Assembly (NCBI GenBank): GCA_013265495.1
Contig: MU058636.1
Coordinates: forward strand, 3,645,967-3,709,966
DNA length: 64,000 nt
Direction: 5' to 3'
Origin: Vicugna vicugna
Taxonomy: Eukaryota
Shown: piece after piece, positions 1 to 12,180 of the stretch
How positions within the stretch are numbered: the first letter of the stretch is position 1
Layout: each line of letters opens with the position of its first letter
Notes under the pieces: generated by a model
What the model was told of the DNA's origin: nothing
Database searches by the model: none
The model's input: only the letters and a program-made list of their open reading frames with translations
Made by a program: the position numbers and the translations under genes

Positions 1-3
1 ACT

Positions 4-149
4 TATTTTTTGTTTTGTTTTTGTTTTTGTTTTGGGGGTAATTAGATTTATTTGTTTACTTATTTATTTTGCTGGAGGTACTGGGGAGTGAACCCAGGAC
101 CTCATGCGTGCTAAGCATGCGCTGTACCACTGAGCTCCACCCTCCCCCC
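4..149 (-). mobile_element. tRNA-derived SINE (camelid Vic-1-like)
   Basis: Reverse complement has a G-rich 5' end, then GAGCTCAGTGGTACAGCGCATGCTTAGC...GGGTTCACTCCCCAGTACCTCCA and an A-rich tail. Similar to the copies at 41.4k, 43.4k and 61.3k. Confidence 0.88.
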
Positions 150-364
150 ATAAACGTTGTTATTGATGGGCTGGTGGTGGTGATAAAGCTGTGAAATCAG
201 ACAGACCTAGTATCAAGTTTTGCCTCTTCTTGGTCCACCTCACTGACCCTTAGTCACTCATTTGACACACGTTTTGTAAGCCTGTATGTACCAAGCGCTG
301 TGCCGGGCACAGAGACGGTGGCCAGCCAGAGATGGCTACCCCTGGGGATCTTTTGATCTGGTAG

Positions 365-525
365 GTGACTCTGGGCAAGTGGACTTCCTTGAGCCTAAAT
401 GTCTTCATCTGTCAAGTGGTGACGGTAATGTCCTCCTTACCAGGCAGCTGGGAGGATCAGAGACCCAGGTACCCAAAGGGCCCGGGGCAGTGCCTGCACA
501 CAAAAAAGTACTCAATCGATGCACT
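365..525 (+). mobile_element. MIR SINE fragment
   Basis: MIR core-like gtgactctgggcaagt...gagcctaaatgtcttcatctgtcaagtgg. Confidence 0.65.
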
Positions 526-932
526 TAATTTGGTATTTGAATAATGCTGGGGGGTTTCAAAGAGCTTTTATACCCATACTTCTATTTCAGCCTCATAATA
601 ATTCCTGATCGGTAGGGAAGCTGTCTTCAGCCCTTTGTCCAGAAGTAGAATTAGTTAAGCATTGGCTCCCAGTCGTCACAGTCCTGGTGGGGCTGGGCTT
701 TCTAACTCTCAGCTCAAGTTCGTGGCTCTGAGGGTCATTTGGCTTGTGGATATTCCTCACGGGGCTGGAATGCAAGGGGCATTTCTTTCCCTAGAGATGG
801 TTCCTAAACGGTGGCATCTGTTCAGAAAAGATCAAGCGCTGAGAGTCCGGGAGGCCCACAGGTCAAGGGTGTACTTTGAAGAGAACCAGACTCAGAGCAG
901 GGCTCAGGGTTCAAGTTCAGCTCTTCTCCCAA

Positions 933-956
933 ACACACACACACACACACACACAC
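933..956. repeat. (AC)n microsatellite within a MIR-like segment
   Basis: Direct reading. Confidence 0.9.
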
Positions 957-1314
957 CCCAGCTGACGGTCTTACTCAAGCCCCTTGACCACTGGAGCCCA
1001 TATTTCCACATCTGGAAGTAGAAAGGTGATACCAGCCATGTGAGGAGGACCCCAGTTAGACAGGGGGTATGAGAACACCCTGTAAACTACACCATGATGT
1101 CAGCACAAGGAAGTACGACTATCATTAAAGGTCTTTGGTTTCTTCCAGCCCGAGGCTCTTTGCTGAGCTTCCCATCAGCCCCGACTGTCAGAACCCGAGG
1201 CCTCTGCTGGATTTTGTGACCAGCGTCAACAGCATAATGACTGTATTAATGCTGGGCCAGCAGCATCATTTGGCGTCTGTGACACTGACACGGGTGTTGT
1301 CCTTTCTCCACTAG

Positions 1315-1396
1315 TGCCTGCCGCCTTTGCTGGGCTGATGTACCTGTTTGTGAGGCAGAAGTACTTCGTCGGCTATCTGGGAGAGAGAACTCAGAG
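1315..1396 (+). CDS. ALOX5AP: ALOX5AP (FLAP) penultimate coding exon (exon 4 in the human 5-exon model), 82 bp
   Basis: Reads (V)PAAFAGLMYLFVRQKYFVGYLGERTQ(S), matching FLAP as I recall it. Acceptor cctttctccactAG ends at 1314 and donor GTAGGC starts at 1397. Not in the ORF track. Confidence 0.97.
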
Positions 1397-4294
1397 GTAG
1401 GCCCCTGGGGCTGTTTCAGAACCGTGGAGGGAGTCACAGTTTTTCAACAGAAAGAGGGATCGTTCACACAGACCATTAATGCCGACGGTTAACCTGTGGG
1501 ACCATGTGGGGTTGGAGGGCGGAGCTGCCTAGGAGCCTTCATCCTTTCCTCCTTGGACTTTGCTGGTTCTGAAAATGCAGCTGGGGCACTTGACTGGTTT
1601 TCCCATGAAAAAATTCCTCTACATGCTGTTGGGCTCACAAAGGATGCTTTAACGCGTTCCCTGCAATCCCACATCCTCCACTCCCACCCTGCAGAGTCTG
1701 GGGCTTGAATGAGTTCTGTGTCTGGCTCCCCAAGGCCTTCTTTGAGTGAAACATGTCATTGTTTGCCTAGAGAAATGAGAACTAAAGCCTGCACCTTGTG
1801 ATAAGTTCTCTTGAGTAACACATCATCCGGAGACCGGCAGAAAGAATGTTGAGAAAGTAGGGTAAAATAACGTGCAGCAAACAGAGGACATGGAGAGAGC
1901 CAGCACCGTGTTGCTTACAGACGTTGCCCAGAGCGGCAGTGGTACTTTGACTAGACCTGGGTTGGGAAGTCTGGATGTTAGTAGAATAAATGCTAACACT
2001 CACAGAAGAAATGTTCGAATTACAATGTGCCACCAGTTCCTTAGCAATCAGAATTCCCAGTGTACCAGAAGGGCTCCAAGGGCCAGGAGGATGCTCTGGG
2101 AGCCTGCCGCCCACACACTGACCCCAGCCGCCCCACCATTCTTCCCCCTTGTCTAATTTCACATCCCTCTCCGTCTGTCACAATAGCACCCTTCTCTAGA
2201 GGATAATGGGCTCTCCGTTGAGAGAGCGTCCTTCAGCCGTGACAAAGGCAGTGACATCCCGGGAGATCGGCAGGTGAAAGCACTGCGTCTGGGGAGCCCG
2301 GGAGCCTGCGAAGCTGAGTGGTTTCGGGTGGTTTGAGGGGGAGCTGCAGCCGGAGAAAGTGGCTGTCCCCCCATCCGCCCTCCCCTAAGCCTGTCTCTCC
2401 CTCCTGTCTCTCTGGGGGCGTTTTTTATTTATCCTCCCAAACCACAACTCCATTCTCTCTCTTACCCTTATCAAAGCTGTCCTTGGTGGTCTTCATACTC
2501 TTTTACCCTGGAGAGCCTTTCCCCAGAGGTTTACCTGTTGTCCAGAGTCAGAGGAGACGGAGTGTCTATGGATGAAGTGACAGGGTTCTGCTCTCCTGGG
2601 CTGGCTCCCTCTACTGGCTTCCTCCTTCAAGGACCCAGGGATTCAGCCCAGGCACCGGTCTCCTCTTCATCCATCACCCCTTGCCTGAGATCTTCAAGTT
2701 GCTTTAATTCTGAGGTCATCTGAGAGGCATCACAAAATATGTCCATCATCCAGAGGCTCTCGTCATTTTAATCACTACTAGCCAATGTACAAGAGGTGGC
2801 AAAAAGTAAACAACGGATATAGACTTAAAACTTGACGCTTCTCTGGACCTCACTGAAATGTAAATGGCCTAAGCACTTAAGTCCCTCCCTGGTCCCCCCT
2901 GCTAGGCGGTAGTAAAACCATCCCAAGGCCCCTCAGCCCACTGCCTGTGCTGGTTCCGGACCCTCCCCCGATGCCTGCACCTGTAGCGTTCATTACTACC
3001 CAGTCCTGCTTTCCTGCCGGACCACACGTGGCCCCACAGTGCTTCTAACACGGCGTTCGGAGCAGCCGTCAGCAGTAGGAGTGCTGTATGCTAGATGAAG
3101 TGTCTGATTCTAATTTCATCAAAATATAGCCTAAGGGGCTCTGTGGTCAGGCCAAGGGGCTTTTCAGTTCTGCCTTCTAGAAACTACTTGCTAATCTCCC
3201 TTCTGTCGTGGAATGTCCTCCTCCCCCGTCCCCCTTCTGTCCCTGGTCTGGGTCACCCTTTGACTCTGCAGACACCGTCATGCCCGTGGGCTCTGCTTTG
3301 GTCCCTAGCCTCACTAACAGGCTCCTTCCCCAAGACTTTCTTCCTTGGCCACTAGATAGCTTTTGCTCCTGCCCAGAAGTTGCCTTGACCCTGCCCACCG
3401 GAGAACTTCCAGGGTCATTTTTGGTCCTGTGGGTGGGTAAGTCATTCCTTGATGTACCTCCCTCACCAGAGCTTCAGCGTTCAGGCTCCAGGCTGCTCTG
3501 CAAGGACTTGACAGCTCCGTCCCCTCTTCCTTTTAGAAGTTGGTGGCTCTTATTCTCAGTCCTTCATCCTACATCCTGACCCCTGTCTCCTTGTCCTGAT
3601 GAGGCCATCTGCACCCCCTTAACTACACTGCAGCATTACTACATACATAACTACACTACACTGAATCTTAGTTTCTTTTCCTTTCATTCTGAGCTACTAT
3701 CTGGGCCCAAACTCAATGGCAGTTGGCATGACAAGACTTACTTGCCTTTTGTCACCTACCTGGCATCTAGGCTGCTCTGTCTTCCTGTCCCCTAGAGTGC
3801 TGCCCGCTGTCGGAGCACCCACTAAATTCCTCTTTGCAATTTGAAGTTCTTTGCTGGGTGGGCAAAGATTGATAACTCGAGGCTGGTGAATCCAGGTCAG
3901 CCAAGCCCACCTTCTCCTCACTGCCCATGCCCCCGGTCCACTCAGCATCTGTTCAGGGCCTTTACTGACCACCTGCTCTGAACAGGCACGGGGGCAGCTG
4001 TGAGGCGGTAACGGTCAGCACAGCGGAGCCCTTGCTCTCAGAGAGACCCGGGCTCTCCCAGAATCTGGGGCACCGGGCAAGACCCAAAATAGTGAACTTA
4101 CAGAAATGACCATGGACACAATTTTGAAAAGAACTGGCCCCTCACAGCCATTTCTCCCCTTAGCATCAATATGTCAGAGTCTCTGCCCCCGCCCGCCAGT
4201 AAGTGGAGCATAAGGTTACTTCACCAGGGGTGGGAGACAAACTTGCTACTTTTGGAGCCCCTGGGGGGAGTACATGGGCATCAAGGCTGGTATT

Positions 4295-4465
4295 TCCACA
4301 GTGAAACCCACCAACCAACTGCACCAGAATTGCCTGGGGTGCATGTTAAAAACAGATTCCTGAGCCCCACCCTGGACTCATGGAACCAGTATCTCTGAGG
4401 CAGGGCTGCAGGAATCTGAAACTTAACGACTTCTTCAGGTTAACTTCAGAGTTGGAGAATCACTG
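4295..4465. mobile_element. MER5-like hAT-Charlie MITE
   Basis: ccagaattgcctgggg...aaaaacagattcctgagccccaccc...gagaatcactg. Confidence 0.65.
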
Positions 4466-4984
4466 AAAGCTGTTCGTGCTTCTCTTCTGAGAATGATTCA
4501 TTCATTTCAAAAATAAGTATGGGGAACCTGATCTCCTGGAGAGGAGTAAATGAAGGAGGCTGTATCTGCCCTCACAGATCTTACCATTTGCCTTCCCTTT
4601 AGAAGTTACCGGATTGAAAGTGCTATTTCTTTATTGAAAAGAACAGGATTTTAAAGCCAGAGGGACTGCAAGGTCTTCTTTTCTACTCCTATTTTGTGTA
4701 CATTTCTGTGTGAGGCGGGGAGGCTTGGAGGCTTGGAGGCTTGGCCAGGGCCACACTGCAGTGATGGGGCTGGAACTCGGGTCTCTGGATGCCCGCGATC
4801 ACCTACCCCACACCACAGGAACTCTTCCTAGGAGGTTCGGGCACATTCAGGATGGGAATTGTTCGGCATATCACATCTTCCATGTTTCCACGTGGGCTGT
4901 ATGCCGTGTGTGGAGGGCACGCTTATTTCAAAACTAATAACCAAGTCCTAGTCTCCATACTCTGAAGGAGCCCCAGGAAGTCAG

Positions 4985-5175
4985 CGTGGTAGGAAGAGCA
5001 GGACCCTGGCCTCTTCCTGGCTGTGTGACCTTAGGCAAATCACTCAACCTGTCTGCTCTCAGTTTCCCCACCTGGAAAACAGGTTAATAATAATAATACC
5101 TCACAGAAGGGTTCTGAGAATTAAATGAAGTCACAGATATAAAACACCTGGCCCCTCCAGATGCTTAATAATTCA
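4985..5175 (+). mobile_element. MIR SINE
   Basis: ctgtgtgaccttaggcaaatcactcaacctgtctgctctcagtttcccc core. Confidence 0.75.
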
Positions 5176-5837
5176 ATTCTGACCTTCCCCACCCCATGTA
5201 GAGAGAAGTGCTTATCAACCTTTAGAAACAAAAGAGAGAGCTTGGTAATTCAAAGGTTAACGATGCTGCGAGTGCACTGAGGCCCCTGGCTCTTCCTCTG
5301 CTCTCTGCTTCATGTCAGGCTCTCCGGGGCTTTGCTGGGTCTGGGGCAGGCATCTGCACACACCAGGCCCACCTCCCAGGGCCATGGCCCGTCTCCGAGC
5401 TGGAGAGACTTAAAAGTGCAGTGAATGAAGGGCCGGAGCTGGGGACCTCCGTTCACACTTAGCCTTGGACATGCTGGGTGTGTGCTGAGTTTTGGAAGCA
5501 TTAAAGCACCATTGCCCCATGTCCTTTAGGGGAGATGTGCCTTGGGTCCTTGGAAACACCCTGCCCAAATCCAGAACACTACTATTTCATCAGAAGGCAC
5601 TCCTGTTTCATCCTTCACCGCAGATTTATCTTGAGCATGTTCTGAAATAGCTTCACAAATCACTTTTCCTTGTTTCTGTAATGAGCATATGGTGGCCCCA
5701 TTCATGTGATAAATCTGAGCCACTGCAATATTTGACTTTTAACAGTTTAATTTCTCTGAAGCCTCTCTTCTCTGGCTAAAATAGACTCCTTTACTTTCTT
5801 TCCACTTCCTTACCAACATTAGCAGGTAATTCTCTCT

Positions 5838-6226
5838 TTGTCTGTGAGGGCCACCTTAACAAAATGCCACAGACTGGGGGGCTTAAACAACAGAAATGTA
5901 TTTTCTCGCTGTCCTGGAGGCTGAGAGTCCAAGGTCAAGGTGCCGGCGGTGTTGGTTTCTTCTGAGGCCTGTGCCCTTGGCTCGCAGATGGCCGTCTCCT
6001 CTTTGTGTCCGCACGTGGTCTACCCTCGTGCGTGCCTGTGTCCAAAACTTCTCTTCTTGCAAGAATACTAGTTATAGAGAGTTAAGGTCCACCCTAATTT
6101 TTATTTATGATGATAGCATTTTACCTCAGTTACCTCCTTACAGACCTGATTTCCAAATACAGTCATTCTGAGGTGCCAGGGTTCAACATGTGAGTGGGGA
6201 GAAGGGACAGAATTCAGCCCACAACA
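5838..6226 (-). mobile_element. MaLR solo LTR (MLT1 family)
   Basis: aacaaaatgccacagactggggggcttaaacaacagaaatgtattttctc...ctggaggctgagagtccaaggtcaagg, ending aattcagcccacaaca. Confidence 0.8.
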
Positions 6227-7567
6227 CTCTCTTTTGGGACCAAACTTTTTTCCCCAATAAAGAGACAGACTGTCTCACTTTACGAGCATGACTGTGAACA
6301 GAAAACCAAGGAGAAAGGACCACAGCTGGCCAAGGAGCAGGGTGCTCTCGGCTGGCAGTGCCCCTCAAACTCTGACGTGCCCGTGAGTCACAGAGGGAGC
6401 TTGTCGAAATGCAGATTCTGATGCAGGAGATCTGGGGAGGATCTGGGAGACTGCATTTCCATCAAGCTCCCTGGTTGGTCCTGGAACACTGTTAGGAGTG
6501 AGGGGGTCGGTATTCAGCTGTGCAATGATGGTCAAACTCTCAACAAAGGAAGATTAGGAGTTACGTGATGCATCTTTGGGTCCCTTGCAAAAAGATAAAA
6601 GGATTTTAATGTTGAATCAATGGACACCACATTCTGCTCTCTGATTATAGCAGGATGGGCTGAGCAGCATTAAGGCACAGGTTTGGATGAGCTGGCTGTT
6701 CTCGTGGGGCCCTCCTGATTGCCAAAGGGTCCCCTTGCCTTACTAACAGCCTTAGTGACCCATTTGGCTGGACTTTCCAAACATACTAGCGCCACACAGA
6801 CGGAAGCGGCAGAGGAGGTGGGGAGCCCGGGCGGCCGCTGGCTGTGCACAGCGAGGTGGTCACGTGTCACTGGGGAGCTGCCTCCTGACCCCGGCTGATG
6901 CTCTGTCTAAGCAGCTTAGGATTTAGAGCCTCTGTGAGAAGATGAATGGACTAAAAAGTCTCCCTCCCCTGATTCACTTAAAATGTAAGGGCCTGCCTTC
7001 CGTCGCTGGGGGCCAGCTCTCATTAGTGTGAACATAAATTATTCCCAGGCAGCCTCAGGAGACTCGATCAAGCCCTCAGATGCCAAAGCACCTCTTAGAT
7101 TCCACCAGCCTTCCTGGATCATATAAACCATCCCTTCTCACATGGAGACACTGAAAGTCCTACATCAAACACAGCTGCCAGCAAGGCTCTTACTGGCGCC
7201 CCTGGAGCAGCTGTGGGGTGGGTCTTAGGGAGCCCACTGGTTCCTAATCCGCAGTCCTAACCCTGATGACCAACAGAAGCCACCACCTTCACGGCATCAG
7301 GAGCCGGAGTCCTGACAGCACTGCAGAGCCCTAGAGCAGAGCCGCCCTGATGGTGATGGATTTTGAGGCTCTTTAACTTGGTTTTGAGGTAGATGCAACC
7401 ACTAATAATAGCTAAGACACTCCCATCCTTCATGTGAAACAAATGGAGCATTCCTGAGTAAGAGGGGCTATAATTTAAACCCCGTGAATCTCAAAGTGAT
7501 AACGTTTTTTGTTGAATTGGTGTCATTTGTGCTGCTTCTACAGTCTTTCCCTTTCCTTCGCTTGCAG

Positions 7568-7730
7568 CACGCCCGGCTACATATTTGGAAAGCGCATCAT
7601 CCTGTTTCTGTTCCTCATGTCCCTCGCTGGGATCTTCAACTACTACCTCATCCTCCTTTTCGGAAGCGACTTTAGAAACTACATAAAGACGATCACTACC
7701 ACCATCTCCCCTCTCCTTCTCATCCCCTGA
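7568..7730 (+). CDS. ALOX5AP: ALOX5AP last coding exon, 163 bp to TGA
   Basis: Reads (S)TPGYIFGKRIILFLFLMSLAGIFNYYLILLFGSDFRNYIKTITTTISPLLLIP*, the FLAP C-terminus. Polypyrimidine tract and acceptor cttgcAG end at 7567. Phase matches the previous exon (AG|C = Ser). Confidence 0.97.
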
Positions 7731-8045
7731 CTCTCTGCCGAACACCGGGTGGCTGTGCGCATCTAATCAATACCTAGAAGCCACCATAACTCAACCCGTT
7801 AAAAGATGCAGCTCCTCATTAGAGAGCTGTAAATCTCACCACCCTCTGGGCTTTGCAGCTTGAGTTAACCTTGCTTTTCCTGGAAGAGACCATCTGCATG
7901 TCAGCCCCGCCCCCTGCACATGGCCATGGCCCCAGATTCGCTCTTCAGATCCCTTCTGTGTGTTTCTTGACTTGCCCTGCTTTCTGAAGATGTTTTGTGA
8001 TCAGATTTGGGTTTTAATAAAATAAAATGCAGACACGTGTTAGAG
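7731..8045 (+). other. ALOX5AP: ALOX5AP 3' UTR (end approximate)
   Basis: Runs from the stop codon to about 20 nt past the poly(A) signal. Confidence 0.75.
8016..8026 (+). terminator. Overlapping double AATAAA polyadenylation signal of ALOX5AP
   Basis: AATAAAATAAA about 290 nt after the stop, followed by a GT/T-rich downstream element (tggtggttgagttttttgtgggt, ~8048-8070). Confidence 0.85.
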
Positions 8046-8854
8046 GCTGGTGGTTGAGTTTTTTGTGGGTCTATTGCTATGGTTGATAAACTAGTTTGTT
8101 TTCCTTAATGATAATTTTTAAAATGCTATAATTACACACACAGACACACACACACATGCCTGGAAGGTTGCCGGTGGTCAGCTGTGATTGATTATCTCTG
8201 GGTGAAGAGGTGTGGGGGTAAGTTTTATTTATTTATATTTTCATGTATTACTTGAATTTTTTCGTGAGCAATTAATACGACCAAACAAAGAAACAGACGA
8301 GATACAACTGAAGATTGCCTTTTCTGGGAGGTCTTTCCTGACTCCAGGTTGGTCTAGTGTTGCCCCCTGCCCTCCCTGAGCACCCTCTGCACACCCCAAC
8401 CACAGCAAATCCATATTACAATGTAAAGATGTTTATTAGAATGTGTCACCCTTCCCCACTGAATCATCAGCTCTTGAAGTCCCTGAGGTCCTATTCATTT
8501 TGATTTTCTTGTGCCAAGCTTAAAGCCAGGCACATACATAGCAGGCACCCAAGGGCTCACACTATTTGGGAGCTCAAAAAACATCCTGTACTGTAGGCGT
8601 GAATTTTATGAGATTAAGATGCGGTTTTCCCCAATGGTTTTAATGAATGAATTGTGGAGAAATGCAAAAGCAAACAACACCCCCCCAAAAAAACCTATCC
8701 TTCCTATAGACAGGCTTCCTTAAGAATTTTTTTTCGTTAAGAATCTTTTGTTGACCCCTACTCACACCCCACGAGAATTAGGCTGGCATCTTCCCGTGCT
8801 CGCATCATACCCAGCACACAGCGTATCATTCTTTCTCTCAGGGAGGTATGCCCT

Positions 8855-9117
8855 TGAACTGTGGCTAGTCTGAACTGAAATGCCTTGTACGTGTAAAACG
8901 CACACCAGATTTTGAAGACTTAACATAAAAAATGTTAACTATCCTATTAATGTTTTTATATTGACTCCACATTGAAATGATCATCTGGTGGGTATGTTGT
9001 GTTAAATAAAATGTATTATTAAAATTAACCTCACCTGTTTCTTTCTACTTACTGGGACAACTAGAAAATTTTACATTACAAATGCAGCTTCCATTGTATT
9101 TCTATTGGGCAGCACTG
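8855..9117. mobile_element. MER33/MER3-like hAT-Charlie element
   Basis: cacaccagattttgaagacttaa...aaataaaatgtattattaaaattaa...tatttctattgggcagcactg terminus. Confidence 0.7.
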
Positions 9118-10283
9118 ACCTAGAAGTTCTGGGGGAGCCAGCAGGGTCTCCCAGCCAAAAAAAAAAAAAAAATACTGGACCTCACCCCAAGCACTTTCTT
9201 TTTTTAGGTAACGAGTCCTCCCAGACGATGTTGAAAACAGTGCCCATGAAAATTAGCACAAGAAGCAAACGGGCCCTGTCTCAATCCGGAAAAGAGTTCT
9301 TTGAAGCTTGTTACCATATGATCATGAGAGTGTTTCATTAAGTATTTCTGATCACAGATGCGGCATATTATTAAAATATCATTTTTACAGTCACCCTAGA
9401 GGCAAGGGTTATCTGACTACAGAGAGAGAAACAGCTTGTGGAGCTGTTGTATAAATGAAATTACTAGAAAGCAGTGCACTCGATTGCGTATTGGCTCGGG
9501 GGCTTTTTCTTATTAAAATGTTTAGATAGCAGTTTCTGTTCATTTCTGCAGAACTGCTCTCCAAATTAAAAATTTGGCTTGGCGTGCCAATAGACCCGAG
9601 TCCCAGGAGAAGTTCATCTTCCTTCTTTCTTATTATCCTGGCCTGAGCACGCAGACGCGGCGCTGATAGGTGGTGCAGACTGCGAGGAGCATGTGTGTTA
9701 GAAGGCCCTGCAGCCCTGCGAACTGGCACACGCCGGCTGGCCTCAGAGAAGTCAGCACAGACTTCAAGAAAATCAGAAGCTCTATCTATAGAAAAGCAAC
9801 ACCTCTGTCTCCCTTTTGATGATTTTTGAAAACAATTTTTAATGGAAATTGGCCTTAACGGTTGAGGAATCGCTGCAAAAATGGACAAGCTATTAATAGA
9901 CTAGAAACCACTGCAGAGACAAAATGAAACAGAAGCCTTCTCAGAATTCCAACTAAAAAAAGAACTGCTCAGCCAATCAACAAGAGGGCAAAGGAATGAG
10001 CATTCGGCGCATGATTACTTGGTTCCGCGCGGATACATTCCGGTCCTCACCGGCAGTGCTATGGCAACCGGGACGTGGCCGCAGCGCCGTCTGGAAAGGT
10101 CTGTGCTCACCTGGAGCCAGGAGGCCACGCCCGCCGGGCACACAGCCCCTCTCCCACCCCCACCCCACCCCCACCCCCAGTTATATTTACACTTATCAAT
10201 GCGTTGAATGCATTGGCCAGTGGCATATGAAAAGGGTGCTGGCTGAGTCTTGTCTCTGGAAAAGGCTTGGGGGGTGGGGAGGG

Positions 10284-10287
<4 letters not shown>

Positions 10288-10323
<36 letters not shown>

Positions 10324-10398
10324 TTCATGCCTCTGTGTGTGTGTGTGTGTAGTTCATGCCTGTGTGTGTGTGTGTGTGTGTGTGTGTAGTTCATGCCT
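10288..10398. repeat. Compound repeat of three (TG)n + TAGTTCATGCC units
   Basis: Three TG tracts, each closed by the same tagttcatgcc spacer. Confidence 0.92.
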
Positions 10399-11984
10399 GC
10401 CGTGAGGGAGAAAACCCAACAGCATTCTGTGATTCAGCTGACACGTCCTTTCCATCGCCCTTTCAATCACCTGGGCTAATGGGGACCACAGAAAGCAGAG
10501 CTAATGACTGAACATCATCTCATGTTTTACCCTGTTTCAAAGCCCTTCCTTTCATAAGTTCCCTGCCTGCATTCTTCCCCTGAGGTGGGGCTGTTCTTGA
10601 GACGGGAAATGGGAGAGGCCAGGCAGAGAAAGGAAGTGGGTCTCCAGGAAGTTGAGGGTTGCCTGTGTCCTGTTCTGCAATGTCCACTTTACCTCAGAGA
10701 GGGAGTCTCAACTGGTGTGTTATCATGAAACAAGTCAAAAAAATCTCTCACCACAAGGCCTGACTTTGATAAAATTCTAAAATAGACAAACAAGTAAATA
10801 AGCCATTATTTTTAATCATCACTCTTTTCACTGTTCTGTTGGAAGCATCAGGAAAAACTCCTATCACTCAGAGATAACTCAGTGTTTGGTTCACTCAGAG
10901 CTGAACTCAGAGAAAAGGAGAAAGAAATGCCTTTAAGGGGGCAAGAAAGAGAGGAGAAAAGAAAGAAAAAAAATCAGTATAAAGTGGAAATGTTAGAGAC
11001 ACTTTACAGCACAGGAGGAATACAGACTACACTGCTGAGGGCTGTGTGTGCCCACCGCTTTGTGCCACACCCAGGGCATGAACCCTGGTGACGGCTCTGC
11101 TTTCTGCGTTCTGGTCCCCTTTATCAAATAGGGCTGAGCACAGCTCTTGGGAAATTTGGGTTTATGACATCACTAAGTCATTCGTGGTGGCTGAGAGTCA
11201 GCTATGCCCTCAGGCCTTGTTACCATATTATAAGAAAGCAATTCTCAGACAAAATTTGGCCACAAATACAAACCTTTTGTAAACAAACTTTCCTTAAAAA
11301 GGAGTCCCGGGACAGAGCCATGAACTTGACGGATTCTACTTCTTGACTAGTAAGTTCCCCTGAGGCACAAGCAACAAGATTCCAGAGGTAGGACCCTAGA
11401 GCTGGTATGAGGCACCAGGAACTGTAAGCAGTGGCTGGTCACAGGACTGTCTGTGGACCAACCTCATCCCCACGGACAGGACCCTAGGCCTCCTGGACTC
11501 CAACTGCCTCCAAGTGCTTTACCCAGTCTTCCCAATCTGAATACCTTTCATCTTACCATTGAGAGCCTATTTCTGACATCCATCATGTCCACTAGTAAGC
11601 CCATCATTTCACCAATAAAAACTCATTTCTCACACTCACTGTCTTAATTTGCAAAGCCTCAGGTGATGCCTGAGATTTGAGGAGCTGCCATCTTTCTGAT
11701 ATATTGCCAGCTGACCACCCCTGAGGCTGAATTTTCTATTAGAGCAACTACATGCCCTGAGAGTAAAGCCTTCCACTAATGCAAACTTGCGTGTCCATTC
11801 TCAATGTCAAGCTATTTTCAAGTAAATTATGGACATTGTAAACTCATGCTCTCAACTATTACTCCATAAAATCTGCAATATAGATTTTTTAAAATTGATA
11901 CAAATAAACAATGAAGTACCGATATTATTCTTTTTGACCAGAGAATCTTAAACTCGTGGCCCAGGCGTGAAAATAACAGCTAAC

Positions 11985-12180
11985 GATGACCACCTTTCAT
12001 TATGGGCAGGGCACTGGGTTGAGTGCTTCTGATCCGGCTGCTCACTGAATCGGCAAGATAAACTGATGAGCTCGGCGTCATTACATCCACTTTACGAAGG
12101 AGGAGAGTGAGCCTTAAAGCGAGTAAGTGACCTGGATCACAGAGCTCAGAACTGGTAGACGTGGGATCCAGGTCTGGACC
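11985..12180 (-). mobile_element. MIR SINE
   Basis: cattacatccactttacgaaggaggagagtgag...agtgacctggatcacagagc...ggatccaggtct. Confidence 0.6.

Larger units (their letters stand above)
1397..7567 (+). other. ALOX5AP: ALOX5AP last intron (GT-AG, 6171 bp)
   Basis: Lies between two in-phase FLAP exons with canonical splice sites. Confidence 0.93.

Noticed and set aside
7509..7567. N-terminal part of ORF 7509..7730 as coding sequence
   Set aside because: This is intron (polypyrimidine tract). FLAP similarity starts only after the AG at 7567.
10288..10398. CRISPR-like repeat/spacer pattern
   Set aside because: Mammalian context, 11-bp repeats, spacers that are only TG runs, and no cas genes.
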